DNA of 63,823 nucleotides, the filler included, from Basidiobolus ranarum (lineage: Eukaryota), in the NCBI GenBank assembly GCA_040143965.1. It is 56 parts of 56 records of this genome, joined end to end, with 100 filler letters (N's around TTAATTAATTAA, not from the genome) between each part and the next. Parts side by side here need not be neighbours in the genome. Positions count along the whole stretch, not along the records: positions 11,473 to 12,518 come from JASJQH010013574.1; positions 12,619 to 13,664 come from JASJQH010013575.1; positions 13,765 to 14,810 come from JASJQH010013576.1; positions 14,911 to 15,956 come from JASJQH010013577.1; positions 16,057 to 17,101 come from JASJQH010013578.1; positions 17,202 to 18,246 come from JASJQH010013579.1; positions 18,347 to 19,390 come from JASJQH010013580.1; positions 19,491 to 20,534 come from JASJQH010013581.1; 48 more parts are not named here. One strand, given 5' to 3'. Below the pieces are notes generated by a model. That model worked only from the letters and a program-made list of their open reading frames with translations. It had not been told where the DNA came from and made no database searches. This document shows, piece by piece, positions 11,373 to 24,749 of this stretch (position 1 is the first letter of the stretch; every line of letters begins with the position of its first letter). The position numbers were made by a program, and so were the translations under genes.

Positions 11373-12120
11373 NNNNNNNNNNNNNNNNNNNNNNNNNNNN
11401 NNNNNNNNNNNNNNNNTTAATTAATTAANNNNNNNNNNNNNNNNNNNNNNNNNNNNNNNNNNNNNNNNNNNNAGAGTTTTGTTTATTTACATTTCTGAGA
11501 AAGCACTATTGAATGACGCGTCAAAAGTTCTAACGATTAGGTAAACTGATTTTGGAATGGTAGGTCAATATCTGATAGATATCTAGGTATAATGTGGTTT
11601 GCTATCTCATGAGACAGCCACAGGAAATTTCTTCTCATCTTTCTCTCAATTAAATAGAAATTCATTTTTTATTCAACCGAAGATTTAGCCGAGTGATTTC
11701 TCAGTGGAGGAGGGGGGATTCAAGGGAGGACGGAATCTATGTGTCACCAAATTGCTTCCACATCGATTCCATTTAAACACCACTTTCGCAATATGTTACT
11801 TGGACATTCCAAGTACAGATTCAATATGCCACTTTCACACTGATTCAGACAAGTAGTATTGAGCCAATTCATCTTGGACAAGCATTCACATGCCACTCGA
11901 TTGTTGTGGCTGATTAGAGACATTATTTCAAAATGAGATTTGTTTGTGTACAGTATCATCTATAATTCGTGTCAGTATTTATCTCGCACTATTCGTGTCA
12001 ATCATATTACTGACTTTAATATTGATCCTATTGAGCAAGTTATTGTCAATACTATACCTATCCATGAGTTCAATTTAGAAATGACTACGAGCAGAAAAAG
12101 AGATGATTAGATTATTGCTA

Positions 12121-12494
12121 AATAGTAGATACTATGCCCATCGAACATCTATAATAGTAGATATTATGCCCATCGAACATCTATAATAGAGAACACATGT
12201 GAGCCAGATATTGGAATACCCTAAGGAATGGCCACTCGTTCTATACACTAAGTAGTTTGTGTATAATTTATAACGCTAAGAAAGGACCAAACACGTAGGA
12301 ATCAGTGAGAATAATTGGTGAGAATGGATTTGCGCCAAAAAGGCTTAGATTAAGAGGACAAATTCACATAGAGTTTAGTGTTAAGGGGATTAATTCACAT
12401 AGAGTGCAACCTTATTCACATAGAGTGTAACCTTATTCACATACATAGAGTGTAACCTTATTCACATAGAGTGTAACCTTATTGTAACCTTATT
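12121..12494. repeat. 32-bp direct duplication (12121-12184) and 21-bp tandem repeat TTATTCACATAGAGTGTAACC (12391-12494)
   Basis: Repeated units are directly visible. Confidence 0.85.
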
Positions 12495-12618
12495 TCTAAG
12501 GACTGACTCTTCAGTTTTNNNNNNNNNNNNNNNNNNNNNNNNNNNNNNNNNNNNNNNNNNNNTTAATTAATTAANNNNNNNNNNNNNNNNNNNNNNNNNN
12601 NNNNNNNNNNNNNNNNNN

Positions 12619-13664
12619 CACCCATTGGCAGCCAATTGATTTTCTATCATCAGGTAAGTTAGTTAAAATCCAAGTTTGATTATCAATCAAAGCCTGGTAC
12701 TCATCAGCCATTGCAGATCTCCAAAATTTGGTGTGAGGGCCATTCATGGCCTCTTTTATAGTCTGAGGCTCATGTCTTTGAGCTGTGCAGGCATAGGCCC
12801 AATTTTGGGACTCAATGATATTGAAATCAGGGCTATTTCTGATCTGATTTGATCTCCAGGTTTGGGATAAAGGCACTACAACTTCTGGCATTGTATTTGG
12901 CACTTCAGTAGGCAAAATTTAGGTTGAAGGGTCAACAGGAACGCTTTTTTCTTCTTTGTCTTGGTTTGAATCAATTTGAATGATTGGATCAGGAGAACAT
13001 TGATTTTTGTCATCATCTGAGATCAATTTGGGTTAAAATATTTCATTTTCATTAAACAAAGCATCCCTGGAATTGATTAACTTGAAAATTCTGGTATCAT
13101 AGAGTCTGTAAGCCTTAGTTTAAGTACAATAACCCAGAAATATGTATTTCTTACTTTTTGGATCAAATTTAGACCAATTTTTGATGATAATTTTGACACA
13201 AGCAATGCATCTAAAGATCCTCAAATGTCTTACATTAGGTTTAACTCCAAACCAAGCTTGATATGGTGTAGAGTTAGACAGATCTCTAGTAAAGCTCCTA
13301 TTCTTTAGATATACAGCTGTAGCAACAGATTCCGCCCAAAAGTTACGAGATGAATTTGGTGCACTTATCATAGATCTTGCCATTTCTATTATTGTCCTGT
13401 TAGCTCTTTCAGCAACTCCATTTGTTGAGGTAAATAGGGAGCATTAGTTACTTTCTTAATTCCATAAACTTTGTAGAAGTGCTTAAATAGTGTTGAAGTA
13501 TATTCTCCACCATTATCAGTATGTATTTTCTTGATTTTAGTTCCAGTTTCAGACTCCACAAGTGTTTTAAAATCTCTGTAGATAGAGAGAGCTTCTTCTT
13601 TTCTTTCCATAAAGTAGGCCCAAGTGTATCTTGTATAATCATCAATAATTGTGATTAAATATCT
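12619..13664 (-). pseudogene. Copia integrase to RT N-terminus, frameshifted
   Basis: TDNGGEY, FWAESVATAVYLKNRS, IDNQTW motifs. Confidence 0.92.
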
Positions 13665-13764
13665 NNNNNNNNNNNNNNNNNNNNNNNNNNNNNNNNNNNN
13701 NNNNNNNNTTAATTAATTAANNNNNNNNNNNNNNNNNNNNNNNNNNNNNNNNNNNNNNNNNNNN

Positions 13765-14810
13765 ACCAAACTCTGACTTTGGTTAAGTTACCTGATGACT
13801 GAAAATCAATTGGACATAAATGGGTTTTTAAAGTTAACAGCAAGCTGATGGATCTGTAGAGAGTTATAAAGCCAGACTTGTAGCTAAAAGAATACTCTCA
13901 AATGGAAGGAGTTGGCTACAATGAAACATTTGCTTCTGCAGCAAAGTTTAATTCCATCGGAACTGTACCAGGAGTAGTAGCAAAACACAGCTTAAAAATA
14001 GATCAAATCAATGCCAAAACAGCTTTTTTGCATAGGGACTTGGAAGTGGGTATATTCATGGATCAACCAGATAGTTTTGTGGATCCTGAGCACCCTGAGG
14101 ATGTTTGCAAGCTGCAAAAAGCACTTTATGGACTTAAACAATAACTCAGAGCCTGGTACACAAAGATAGACACATACTTGGAATCCCTTGATTTCCAAAA
14201 GAGTATAGCAGATTTTGGGATCTACTTTAAGTCAGATAAGTACAGTGAGGTGATACTTGCCAAATATGTAGATGATCTTATTATAGCTACCAATAATTAT
14301 GAAGCTCTCAGGAACACCTAAAGAGATCTATTAGTCCAATTCAAGATGACCGATTTAGGTGAACTTGAGTATTTTTTAGGTCTGCCGATCAATACAGATA
14401 TAATGAGTGAGTCTTTCACTTTAAATCAATCTAAATATATTGCAGACTTTGTCAGACATTACAGGATGGAGAATTGCAAGCCAGTAGCAACTCGCATGGA
14501 TCCAGGTGTGAAACTGGTCCAAAAATCCCATCAAAAAGATGAAAATCAGCTAAATATGGCTCAAAATATATCTTTTGAAAGCCCTCAGTTTCCATATCAA
14601 TCTATGGTAGGTAGTTTGATCTATACTATGACCGGAACCTGACCAGATATCTCTTTTGCTGTAGGAGTAGTCAGCCAACAAGTGCAAAATCCAGGATCTG
14701 AGCATTATGATGCAGTTAAGCAGATGTTCAGATATTTGAACAGGACAATTAATCTGGGATTAAAATGCATATATTCTTATGCTAATAAAGATCTAATTGG
14801 GTGTAGTGAT
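13765..14810 (+). pseudogene. Copia reverse transcriptase, degenerate
   Basis: KALYGLKQ, YVDDL and MTDLGELEYFLG motifs. Confidence 0.92.
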
Positions 14811-14910
14811 NNNNNNNNNNNNNNNNNNNNNNNNNNNNNNNNNNNNNNNNNNNNTTAATTAATTAANNNNNNNNNNNNNNNNNNNNNNNNNNNNNNNNNN
14901 NNNNNNNNNN

Positions 14911-15956
14911 TTGTGTCCAAATGGTTGTTTGGCTTTCACTGGTGATCTGAAAAACCTGAAGTCATGTACTGTTTGCACACAATTTGCAATCACTGAATCT
15001 GGTAAATATTGTTCATATTTGGCCTACATACCATTGATTCCCCATCTTAAAGTTATGATGAAATCACCCAAATATAGATCATTGATCCAATACCAAAGTA
15101 CTCACTGTAAAGCTGATGGTATTAGAGATATACATGATGGATATCACTACCAGAATCTGAAAAGTCAAGGTTTCTTTGAGAACACATATGATCACGCATT
15201 TCCATTGGCTCTGGATGGTTTCTCACTAAACAAATATACAGTCAGAAAGGCTTGCTGGCCAATAAACTTAATCAACTTAAATCTTTCTCCTTCTGAACAG
15301 TATGAGAGTCATAATATTTTAATACTATCCATCATATCTGAACCTAAATCACCAGTGCTTATAGACAGCTTCTTGGAGCCTTTGATTGCGGAATTTGAAC
15401 GGTTATCTAATGGGGTTCAGATGGGTGAATATCTTATTAAAGCTAATATCATTGTATGTAATGGTGACACTCCTGCCATTGGTAAACTTGGAAGTTTTTG
15501 CAGGTGCAATGCACTATCTTGCTGTATATTTTGTCAAATCAATGGAGTTTATGCTAACAGGCATAAGCATTACTCCTATCCAAATACAACACTAAACTTC
15601 ATGATTTTACCATCAAGAGCCTGGTCAGATTTCAGCATGATCACTGATATCAATTCACCAAATACTCAGTCTAACATCAAACTAGGTATGAGCTGTAAGC
15701 CTAAGATTATCTTGCTAAAGGGGATCAGCTGGAGCTAGAGCTTCCCATTAGGCACCATGCACTTACTATTCAACAACATTCCAATACTACTTACTCAGCC
15801 ATATAGTGGAAAATTCAATATGAATGAGCCATTTGAGATAGGATCAAGTTTGAATTGATTGGGAAAATGCTTGAAAACATCAAGATACCATCATATTTTA
15901 CCTGGACTCCCATCTATATCCCCTCATCTCGGTGTTTATTCAAATGCAACGACTGG
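14911..15956 (+). pseudogene. CMC/EnSpm transposase fragment
   Basis: CPNGCLAF...CTVC, LALDGF, GDTPA and CCIFC motifs. Confidence 0.9.
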
Positions 15957-16056
15957 NNNNNNNNNNNNNNNNNNNNNNNNNNNNNNNNNNNNNNNNNNNN
16001 TTAATTAATTAANNNNNNNNNNNNNNNNNNNNNNNNNNNNNNNNNNNNNNNNNNNN

Positions 16057-17019
16057 TTGCTTGTCATGGCCTGTATAGCAACTTCATAGTTTTTACTTAT
16101 GATTGCATACAAATCATTGTGGTGTTCTGCCTGCAATTCCCTTATTGTAGTAATTCTATCCAAATTTTCTATGGAGGGTTGTTCAATAGTGGGCAAAGTA
16201 GCCATTTTGGAAGTTGATTGTCTTGATGGTGTTTTGGTTGAACTTTGCTCAACTATTAATTTACTATGTAATTGGGGGACTACAATCTCTTCACTTGCAC
16301 CATTGCTGGAAAGAAACACATCTGGTAAATTGATTAATGCTTCATCATTACTTGAGTTAGTTTCCAGCATGTTAATGCCTTCCAAAGTGGATAGTGGATA
16401 GTGGATTGCTAGACTGCTCCTCAATTATGTCCTCTGTTCCTGCTGGTTTTTTCCTTTTGTGCCAGCAGGCTTTGGCTTGGAAGCTGATTTTGACTTAGAT
16501 TATGAATGCTTTTTGAATGGCATTGAAAATTTCAGATGGTAAACTTAGTTTAATAAAGTTGCTTAGAAGCAGCTTAGAATAAACCAAAATTGCCATCCAT
16601 TACTGGAAATATCTTGTAAATCCCCTGATGACTCATCTGTGACACCATCTCAGAATCAGCTGATGATATTGATGGGCTAGACCTAAAATATCAGCCTTAC
16701 ATGGGAGGTATACTTTTTTCTACAATATCCTTCTCATGCCACAACACAAACATTTAAAGAAGCCCTGCTATTATTGTTGCAAATTTGTGTGCTATGAATG
16801 CCGGAGGCTTCATAGAAAAAATAAGCACAAGCATAGTCACTGTACAAAGCCACCAGCTCCAAAAAGCCTGGTGTATAGCACCAGTAATAAGTGCACTAAT
16901 TCAACTTTAGTTTTGCCTATTGAGTCCACTGACTGTATTTTGCCTCAAAGTTTTGGTAACACTGCCAAAAGTCAATATACCATGCAGTTACCACAGTTAT
17001 ATGACCAGAATGATGTAGG
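16057..17019. mobile_element. CMC/EnSpm element centre: accessory ORF (-) head-to-head with the transposase start (+, 16736); same layout at 34346-35386 and 38908-39881
   Basis: MPQHKHLKKPCYYC ORF links to the transposase through overlaps with 20635-21678 and 36628-37667; the opposite-strand ORF (KKHSKSKS...) is conserved in three copies. Confidence 0.8.
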
Positions 17020-17201
17020 TGCTGTGCACCAACATACAAAGTTGTTTAACTTACGCCATATCTATACAACTGACATGAATATCTGTTTAGTTTATCATTA
17101 TNNNNNNNNNNNNNNNNNNNNNNNNNNNNNNNNNNNNNNNNNNNNTTAATTAATTAANNNNNNNNNNNNNNNNNNNNNNNNNNNNNNNNNNNNNNNNNNN
17201 N

Positions 17202-18246
17202 CACTATATAGCTGAGTAAGTAGTATTGGAATGTTGTTGAATAGTAAGTGCATGGTGCCTAATGGGAAGCTCTGGCTCCAGCTGATCCCCTTTAGCAATA
17301 TAATCTTAGGCTTACAGCTAATACCAAGTTTGATGTTAGACTGACTATTTGGTGAATTGATATCAGTGATCATGTTGAAATCTGACCAGGCTCTTGATGG
17401 TAAAATCATGAAGTTTAGTGTTGTATTTGGATAGTAGTAATGCATATGCCTGTTAGAGTAAACTCCATTGATTTAACAAAATCTTCAGCAAGATAGTGCA
17501 TTGTGCCCACAAAAACCACCAAGTTTATGGATGGCAGGAGTGCCACCAATACATACAATGATATTAGCTTTAATAAAATATTCACCCATCTGAACCCTAT
17601 TAGATAACCATTCAAATTCCACAATCAAAGGCTCCAAGAAGCTATCTATAAGCACTGGTGATTTAGGTCCAGATATGATGGATAGTATCAAAATATTATG
17701 AGTCTCATACCATTCAGAAGGAGGAAGATTTAAATGGATGAAAATTGTTGGCCAGCAAGCCTTTCCAATGGTATATTTGTTCAGTGAGAAACCATCCAGA
17801 GCCAATGCAAATGCATGCTCATACATGTTCTCAAAGAAACCTTGACTTTTCAGATTCGGGTGGTGATATCCATCAAGTATATCAATAATACCATCAGCTT
17901 TATGGTGAGTACTTTTGTATTGGATCAATGATCTATATTTGGGTGATTTCATCAAAACTTTAAGATGGGAAATCAACAGTGTGTAAGCCAAATATGAACA
18001 ATATTTACCTGATTCAGTGATTGCCAATTGTGTGCAAACAGTACATGACTTCAGGTTTTTCAGATCACCGGTGAAAGCCAAACAACCATTTGGACATGAA
18101 GGCAGTTTAATTACTGAAGGATTATAAGTCATACAATTGACAAGTGTTTTCCACTTGTACCAGGTCTGTGGCAAGCAACAGTTGCCAATCAACTGTGGTA
18201 AAAGTGTAAGAAAACCAATAAACACCTGGTTGCTAAGATTGGATTG
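17202..18246 (-). pseudogene. CMC/EnSpm transposase fragment
   Basis: Same motifs as 14911-15956, with an internal stop. Confidence 0.9.
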
Positions 18247-18346
18247 NNNNNNNNNNNNNNNNNNNNNNNNNNNNNNNNNNNNNNNNNNNNTTAATTAATT
18301 AANNNNNNNNNNNNNNNNNNNNNNNNNNNNNNNNNNNNNNNNNNNN

Positions 18347-19390
18347 TATGATCATGCATTTGCATTGGCTCTGGATGGTTTCTCACTATACAAATATACC
18401 ATTGGAAAGGCTTGCTGGCCAATATTTTTAATCAACTTAAATCTTCCTCCTTCTGAGCGGTATAAGAGTCATAATATTTTTATACTCTCCATTATATCTG
18501 GACCTAAATCACCAGTGCTTATAGATAGCTTCTTGGAGCCTTTGATTGCGGAATTTGAATGGTTATCTAATGGGGTTCAGATGGGTGAATATTTTATTAA
18601 AGCTAATATCATTGTATGTATTGGTGACACTCCTGCCATCAGTAAACTTGGAGGTTTTCATGGGCACAATGCACTATCTTGCTGTAGATTTTGTCAAATC
18701 AATGGAGTTTACTCTAACAGGCATACACATTACTACTATCCAAATACAACACTAAACTCCATGATTTTACCATCAAGAGCCTGGTCAGATTTCAACATGA
18801 TCACTGATATCAATTCACCAAATAGTCAGTCTAACATCAAACTTGGTATTAGCCATAAGCCTAAGATTATATTGCTAAAGGGGATCAGCTGGAGCCAGAG
18901 CTTCCCATTAGGCACCATGCACTTACTATTCAACAACATTCCAATACTACTTACTCAGCTATACAGTGGAAAATTCAATATGAATGAGCCATTCAAGATA
19001 GGATCAAAGTTTGAATCGATTGGGAAAATGCTTGAAAACGTCAAGATACCATCATATTTTACCAGGACTCCCATCAATATCCACTCATCTAGGCGTTTAT
19101 TCAAATGCAAAGACTGGAAGTATTGGATTTGTATATATTCAAGTGGAATTTTGAAAAGATTTCTGCCTGATAAGTATTGGCAACATTGGGAGTTGTTTGT
19201 GGATATTGTTAATATATTCTTACGGCATCAACTCACATTGGCAGATCTCAGGCAGATACAGCAACTGTGTGAAGATTTTGTAATTGGATATGAAAAACTT
19301 TATTACAGGTTTAAAGAAGATAGACTGAATCTATGCCAGTATTCAATACATTCCCTGCTGCATCTTTCACAATGCTTAGAGATTATAGGC
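18347..19390 (+). CDS. CMC/EnSpm transposase catalytic core, open across the contig (best-preserved copy)
   Basis: ALDGF (first D), GDTPA (second D), CRFC, xxMH, IHSLLHL...IG just before the catalytic E motif. Confidence 0.9.
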
Positions 19391-19490
19391 NNNNNNNNNN
19401 NNNNNNNNNNNNNNNNNNNNNNNNNNNNNNNNNNTTAATTAATTAANNNNNNNNNNNNNNNNNNNNNNNNNNNNNNNNNNNNNNNNNNNN

Positions 19491-20534
19491 TCTGAGATTT
19501 TAGCCAATAATGTGCAACTATTTTGCAAGATCTTGAAATTTCACTCCTGAAACTGAAAAAATTGATTAAAATCAAATCTAACTTGACAATTTTATGATTG
19601 TAAGTAAATGGTCAATCCCAAATGGATTAAAATTGTGATGGTTTTCCTACAATATCAATCCTCAAATTTCTGTTAGGGTTGAGTTAATAAAAGTGATAGT
19701 AGTAATATCTTTCATGCTGTAACAATTAGAACATGGGTCTCATAACCTATTGGAATATTTGGGCTGTTTGGAGGTATGTCAGAAAAGTGGAGTGGTGAAG
19801 AGCTTTTGTGAGATAATTATTTATTATCTCGAAATGAAGCATTTATACATTTTATTGAGAATACAGAAAACTAACACTGGGGTCATGTTCAGAACATCTG
19901 TGGGAGTAGAATGTGCTATCTTTAGGACAATTTGGGCAATTTGGGCTAGTTTAAAATTTCCAAAATGGAATTGCTAATTCTCACATTATTCACAAATATA
20001 TATGATATATGATCCAAATAAAAAAATAATCAAACCCAATATGGCCAAATCTCTTATGCCATAATTGAGTAGTTTCTGCATTGAAATAACTTAAATCTAC
20101 ACATAAACCTCTTGGATTATATGTAAGTTTGTATATGTTCTGAACCTTTTCTTGCAAAGCTAAATAATTCCCATTTTGATCAGCAATGTTACATGCTGAC
20201 TTATCAAAAATCAATTTTAGCCCTTCTGAGGTGGCCTTGCATTCAGATATTATATTTTTGGCAATATCTGCAACATCTATTACATGTTTAAAAGTGTAGA
20301 CTTTCTCTTTAGAAGCTTCAGTGAAATTGAGTTGAATTTTTACCATTCCAATTGTCAGGATTCTGATCTCGGCATACTGATCCACTACAAATAGAACTTC
20401 TCTATTATTAGATTATGACATCATGTCACAATAAGGAACTGGACAAGGACTGGAAACAACAACAAGAAGCTAGAAGGCAGGAGAGTACTTGGGTGTAGAC
20501 CACAAGACAAGACAAGACAAGACTGGACAAGGAA
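19491..20534 (-). mobile_element. Nested debris: CCCTAACAG end, Copia LTR-B with PBS, Copia protease/GAG-pre-integrase, Gypsy LTR pieces
   Basis: Each piece matches copies elsewhere in the window; LWHKRFGH motif. Confidence 0.8.
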
Positions 20535-20634
20535 NNNNNNNNNNNNNNNNNNNNNNNNNNNNNNNNNNNNNNNNNNNNTTAATTAATTAANNNNNNNNNN
20601 NNNNNNNNNNNNNNNNNNNNNNNNNNNNNNNNNN

Positions 20635-21678
20635 TAAATCCCCTGATGACTCATCTGTGACACCATCTCAGAATCAGCTGATGATATTGATGGGCTATAC
20701 GTAAAATATCACCCTTACATGGGAGGTGCTCTTTTTTCTACAATATGCTTTTAATGCCACAACACAAACATTTAAAGAAGCCCTGCTAATATTGTCACAA
20801 ATTCTTTGGCTATGAAAGCCAGAGGCTACATAGAAAGATAATCACAAGCACAGTCACTGTACAAAGTAACCAGCTGCACAAAGCCAGGTGTCTAACATCA
20901 GTAATAAATGCACTAACTTGACTTTAGTTTTGCCCATTGAGTCCACTGACTGTAGTTTGCCTCAAAGTTTTGGTAACACTGCCAAAATTCAAGATACCAT
21001 AGAGTTACCACAGTTACATGACCAGAATGCTGTAGGTCAAAATGAAACCTTGGTTGAACCAGTAAGTCCGGACAACTCTGAGGACTATCAGCTAGATGTT
21101 GACCTTGGTTATTCCAGTACTGATGGTAATATATCAGAAGTTGAAGAATGAGACAAAGATTTTGTCATGGACTCTTTGTTATAGGCAAACATTAGTCCCC
21201 TCATGACACTTACTGTAGAGGAAGCAGCCTTGATTATTGAGGAGTGGAGAGTTCAATCCGATCTCAGCAACCAGGTGTTTATTGGTGTTCTTACACTTTT
21301 ACCACAGTTGATTGGCAACTGTTGCTTGCCACAGATCTGGTTCAAGTGGAAAACACTTGTCAATTATATGACTTATAATCTTTTGGTAATTAAAGTACCT
21401 TCATGTCCAAATGGATGTTTGGCTTTCACTGGTGATCTGAAAACCCTGAAGTCATGTACTGTTTGCACACAATTGGCAGTCACTGAATCAGGTAAATATT
21501 GTTCATGTTTGGCTTACATACCATTGATTCCCCATCTTTAAGTTTTGATGAAATCACCCAAATATAGATCATTGATCAAATAACAAAGTACTCACCATAA
21601 AGCTGATGGTATTACCAATATACTTGATGGACATCACTACCAGAATCTGAAAAGTCAAGGTTTCTTTGAGAACACATG
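20635..21678 (+). pseudogene. CMC/EnSpm transposase N-terminal region (paralogs 26353-27395, 29781-30364, 36628-37667)
   Basis: Acidic linker followed by LPQTWYKWK...CPNGCLAF. Confidence 0.85.
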
Positions 21679-21778
21679 NNNNNNNNNNNNNNNNNNNNNN
21701 NNNNNNNNNNNNNNNNNNNNNNTTAATTAATTAANNNNNNNNNNNNNNNNNNNNNNNNNNNNNNNNNNNNNNNNNNNN

Positions 21779-22822
21779 CATATTCAGCCCTTGTACTCAC
21801 TTTGGAAGCAATTGGGGATAAGCTTACTCAGCATTATCTGATCTCTTGTCTATGTCAAGAAGAATTTAAAAGGAAAGACAAAAGTCAGCTTGCAGATGAA
21901 ACAAAAACTACACAAGCATTTTATTCTCAAAATAGCCAACCAGAAAGGAGCACTGTGAAATGTTACAAATGTGGAAAACTGGGACATATAGCATGTTACT
22001 GCAGATCAAAGAAGAAATGGGTTTCAAAGAAAAAGGAAGCATATAACACCACTAAAAGAGGAAATGAACACTATGTACTTATGGCAACCTCTAAATCAGG
22101 AAATGACTCTGCTGATGTATGGATTCTAGATTCTGGTGCAAGTGATCATATGTGTCACAATAGAAACATAATGCATGACTATAAGGAAATAGAACCTCTG
22201 GACATCATGGTAGCTGGAAGAAACAAACTGGTTGCATATGGAATGGGAAAGGTCACACTTGACTTACAAATAAGTAAAACCAAAAGTGTAACGGTAACCT
22301 TGGAAGATGTCTTATATATTCCATCATTTACAACAAATCTGTTTTCAATTGGAGCAATTGAAAAGAAACATTATGATGTCAAATTCAGCCAAGGAAAAGC
22401 AACCATATACAAATCAAAGGACTTGATAGTAGCAACTGGAACAAGAATTGGGAATCTATATCACCTGGATATTGCACCAATAACTGAGACTGTTTCTAAC
22501 TTTGCAACAATTACTTCTGGAAACTTGATGACTTGGCATCAGCACTTGGGTCATCTAAACTATAATAGTGTGAAACTATTATATAAAATAGCCTATGAAC
22601 TGCAATTGATCTGAAGCCCTCAGATATTACTAAATGTGAGAGCTATATTCAAGGGAAAATTACTAGAAAACCATTTCCAAAAGAAGGAGCTAGCAAAGCC
22701 AACGATTTATTGGACCTTGTCATATAGACTTATGTGGCCCAATGCAAACTCTGACACCAAGTAAGTGACAATATTTACTCATCTTTATTGATGATAAATC
22801 TCACTTCCTAGTTTCATATCTT
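21779..22822 (+). pseudogene. Copia gag zinc knuckle, protease, GAG-pre-integrase and start of integrase
   Basis: CYKCGKLGHIACYC, WILDSGASDHMC, WHQHLGH. Confidence 0.93.
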
Positions 22823-22922
22823 NNNNNNNNNNNNNNNNNNNNNNNNNNNNNNNNNNNNNNNNNNNNTTAATTAATTAANNNNNNNNNNNNNNNNNNNNNN
22901 NNNNNNNNNNNNNNNNNNNNNN

Positions 22923-23966
22923 ATCTGCCGTACTCTTTTGGAAATCAAGTGATTCCAAGTATGAGTCTATCTTAGTGTACCAGGCCCTGGGTGATTGTTT
23001 AAGTCCATACAGTGATTTTTGTAGCTTACACACATCCTCAGGGTGCTCAGGATCCACAAAACCATCTGGTTGATCCATGAATATATCCTCTTCCAAGTCC
23101 CCATTCAAAAAAGCAGTTTTAACATCCATTTGATGGATTTTTAAGCTGTGTTTTGCTGCTACTGCTAGTACAGTTCTGATGGAATTAAACTTTGCTACAG
23201 GAGCAAAAGTTTCATTGTAGTCCACTCCTTCCATTTGAGAGTATCCTTTAGCCACAAGTCTGGCTTTATATCTCTCTACAGATCCATCAGCTTGCTGCTT
23301 AACTTTAAACACCCATTTGCATCCAATTGATTTTTGGTCATCAGGTAACTTAACCAAAGTCCAAGTTTGGTTATCTATGAGTGACTGATACTCCTCTGCC
23401 ATTGCAGCACTCCAAAACTTCGTGTTGGGACTCTCCATAGCCTCCTGTACTGATTTGGGTTCATCAGAAAAGGCTAAATTAGCACTAGGCTCCTTTTGGC
23501 TAGTGTGAGAGTAGTAATCAGGTGGAGATCTCATCCGATTGGATCTCCTAAGATGGGAAATTGGCACTACAACTTCTGGTACCAATTTAGGCAATGAAAC
23601 CACCTCAGGCTTGGTTGAGGACACTGCAGGTGAGAGATTTTCAATGTTTTTCTCACTGATCAGGATCTGGTGAGAAAAAGAAGAATTTTCATCAATTTTT
23701 GGTTGTTTTTCTTGATCCTGGATTGTTTTGATTGAAAATTTTTCTTCTTCAGCAAATTCCATGTCCCTTGACTTGATTAGCTTCTTATTTTCAGTGTCAT
23801 ACAGTCTGTACCCTTTTGTCCTATCACTATATCCCAAAAAAGACATTTCTGGCTCTTTTGGTCTAATTTTGATCTCTTCTGGTCTGGAATCATTGCATAT
23901 GTGGTACTTCCAAAAACTCTGAGATTAGCCACATCAGGTTTACTTCCAAACCAAGCTTGATAAGGT
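22923..23966 (-). pseudogene. Copia integrase C-terminus and RT (same family as 5739-6785)
   Basis: YKARLVAKGYSQ, QMDVKTAFLNG, SLYGLKQSPRAW; frameshift near 23846. Confidence 0.95.
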
Positions 23967-24749
23967 NNNNNNNNNNNNNNNNNNNNNNNNNNNNNNNNNN
24001 NNNNNNNNNNTTAATTAATTAANNNNNNNNNNNNNNNNNNNNNNNNNNNNNNNNNNNNNNNNNNNNATGTTGGATAAATTATTCTAAAATTTATGAGGCA
24101 CAATTTGGCACTATCCATCACCCTCTGGCATGATCAATTTCAATCACACTTACTCTAATATATTGATCCAAGGTCCAGTAAATCTTGGCACAATGGAACA
24201 AGTCCACAAATAACAAATGTTTTGCTATCCCAGGCACATATAGCATGTTTTCAGTGTCAAATACATGTCCCCAGAGATGCCCCCAAGATTTACTTCAATT
24301 TATCCCACTCCCAGAGCTTCCAGTGGCTTGTCATCTCCCATATAACCCTAACAGAAATTTGAGGATTGTTTTCATAGGAAAAGTGTCACAATTTTAATCC
24401 ATTTGGGATTTACTGTTTACTTACCATCATAAAATTGTAAAGTCAGATTTGATTTTAATTGATTTTTTCAGTTTCAGGAGTGAAATTTCAAGATCCTGCA
24501 AAATAGTTGCACATGATTGGCTACAATTTTAGAGAACCATGGATTACCACATGTGCAAAAAACGTAACTCAAATTTTACACAATTATCACTTGAATGTTA
24601 ATTTGTCACCTTCAAAATCCCTAGTCACTTTGATATATTCTCCTGAATATTAATAGAGTTCTTTATACCCAAGGTTTAACTCATACCCAACACAAGTTTG
24701 TATCAAAGCCCACCATTGTATTAACATTGCTGAATCAACATTTGTAGCT

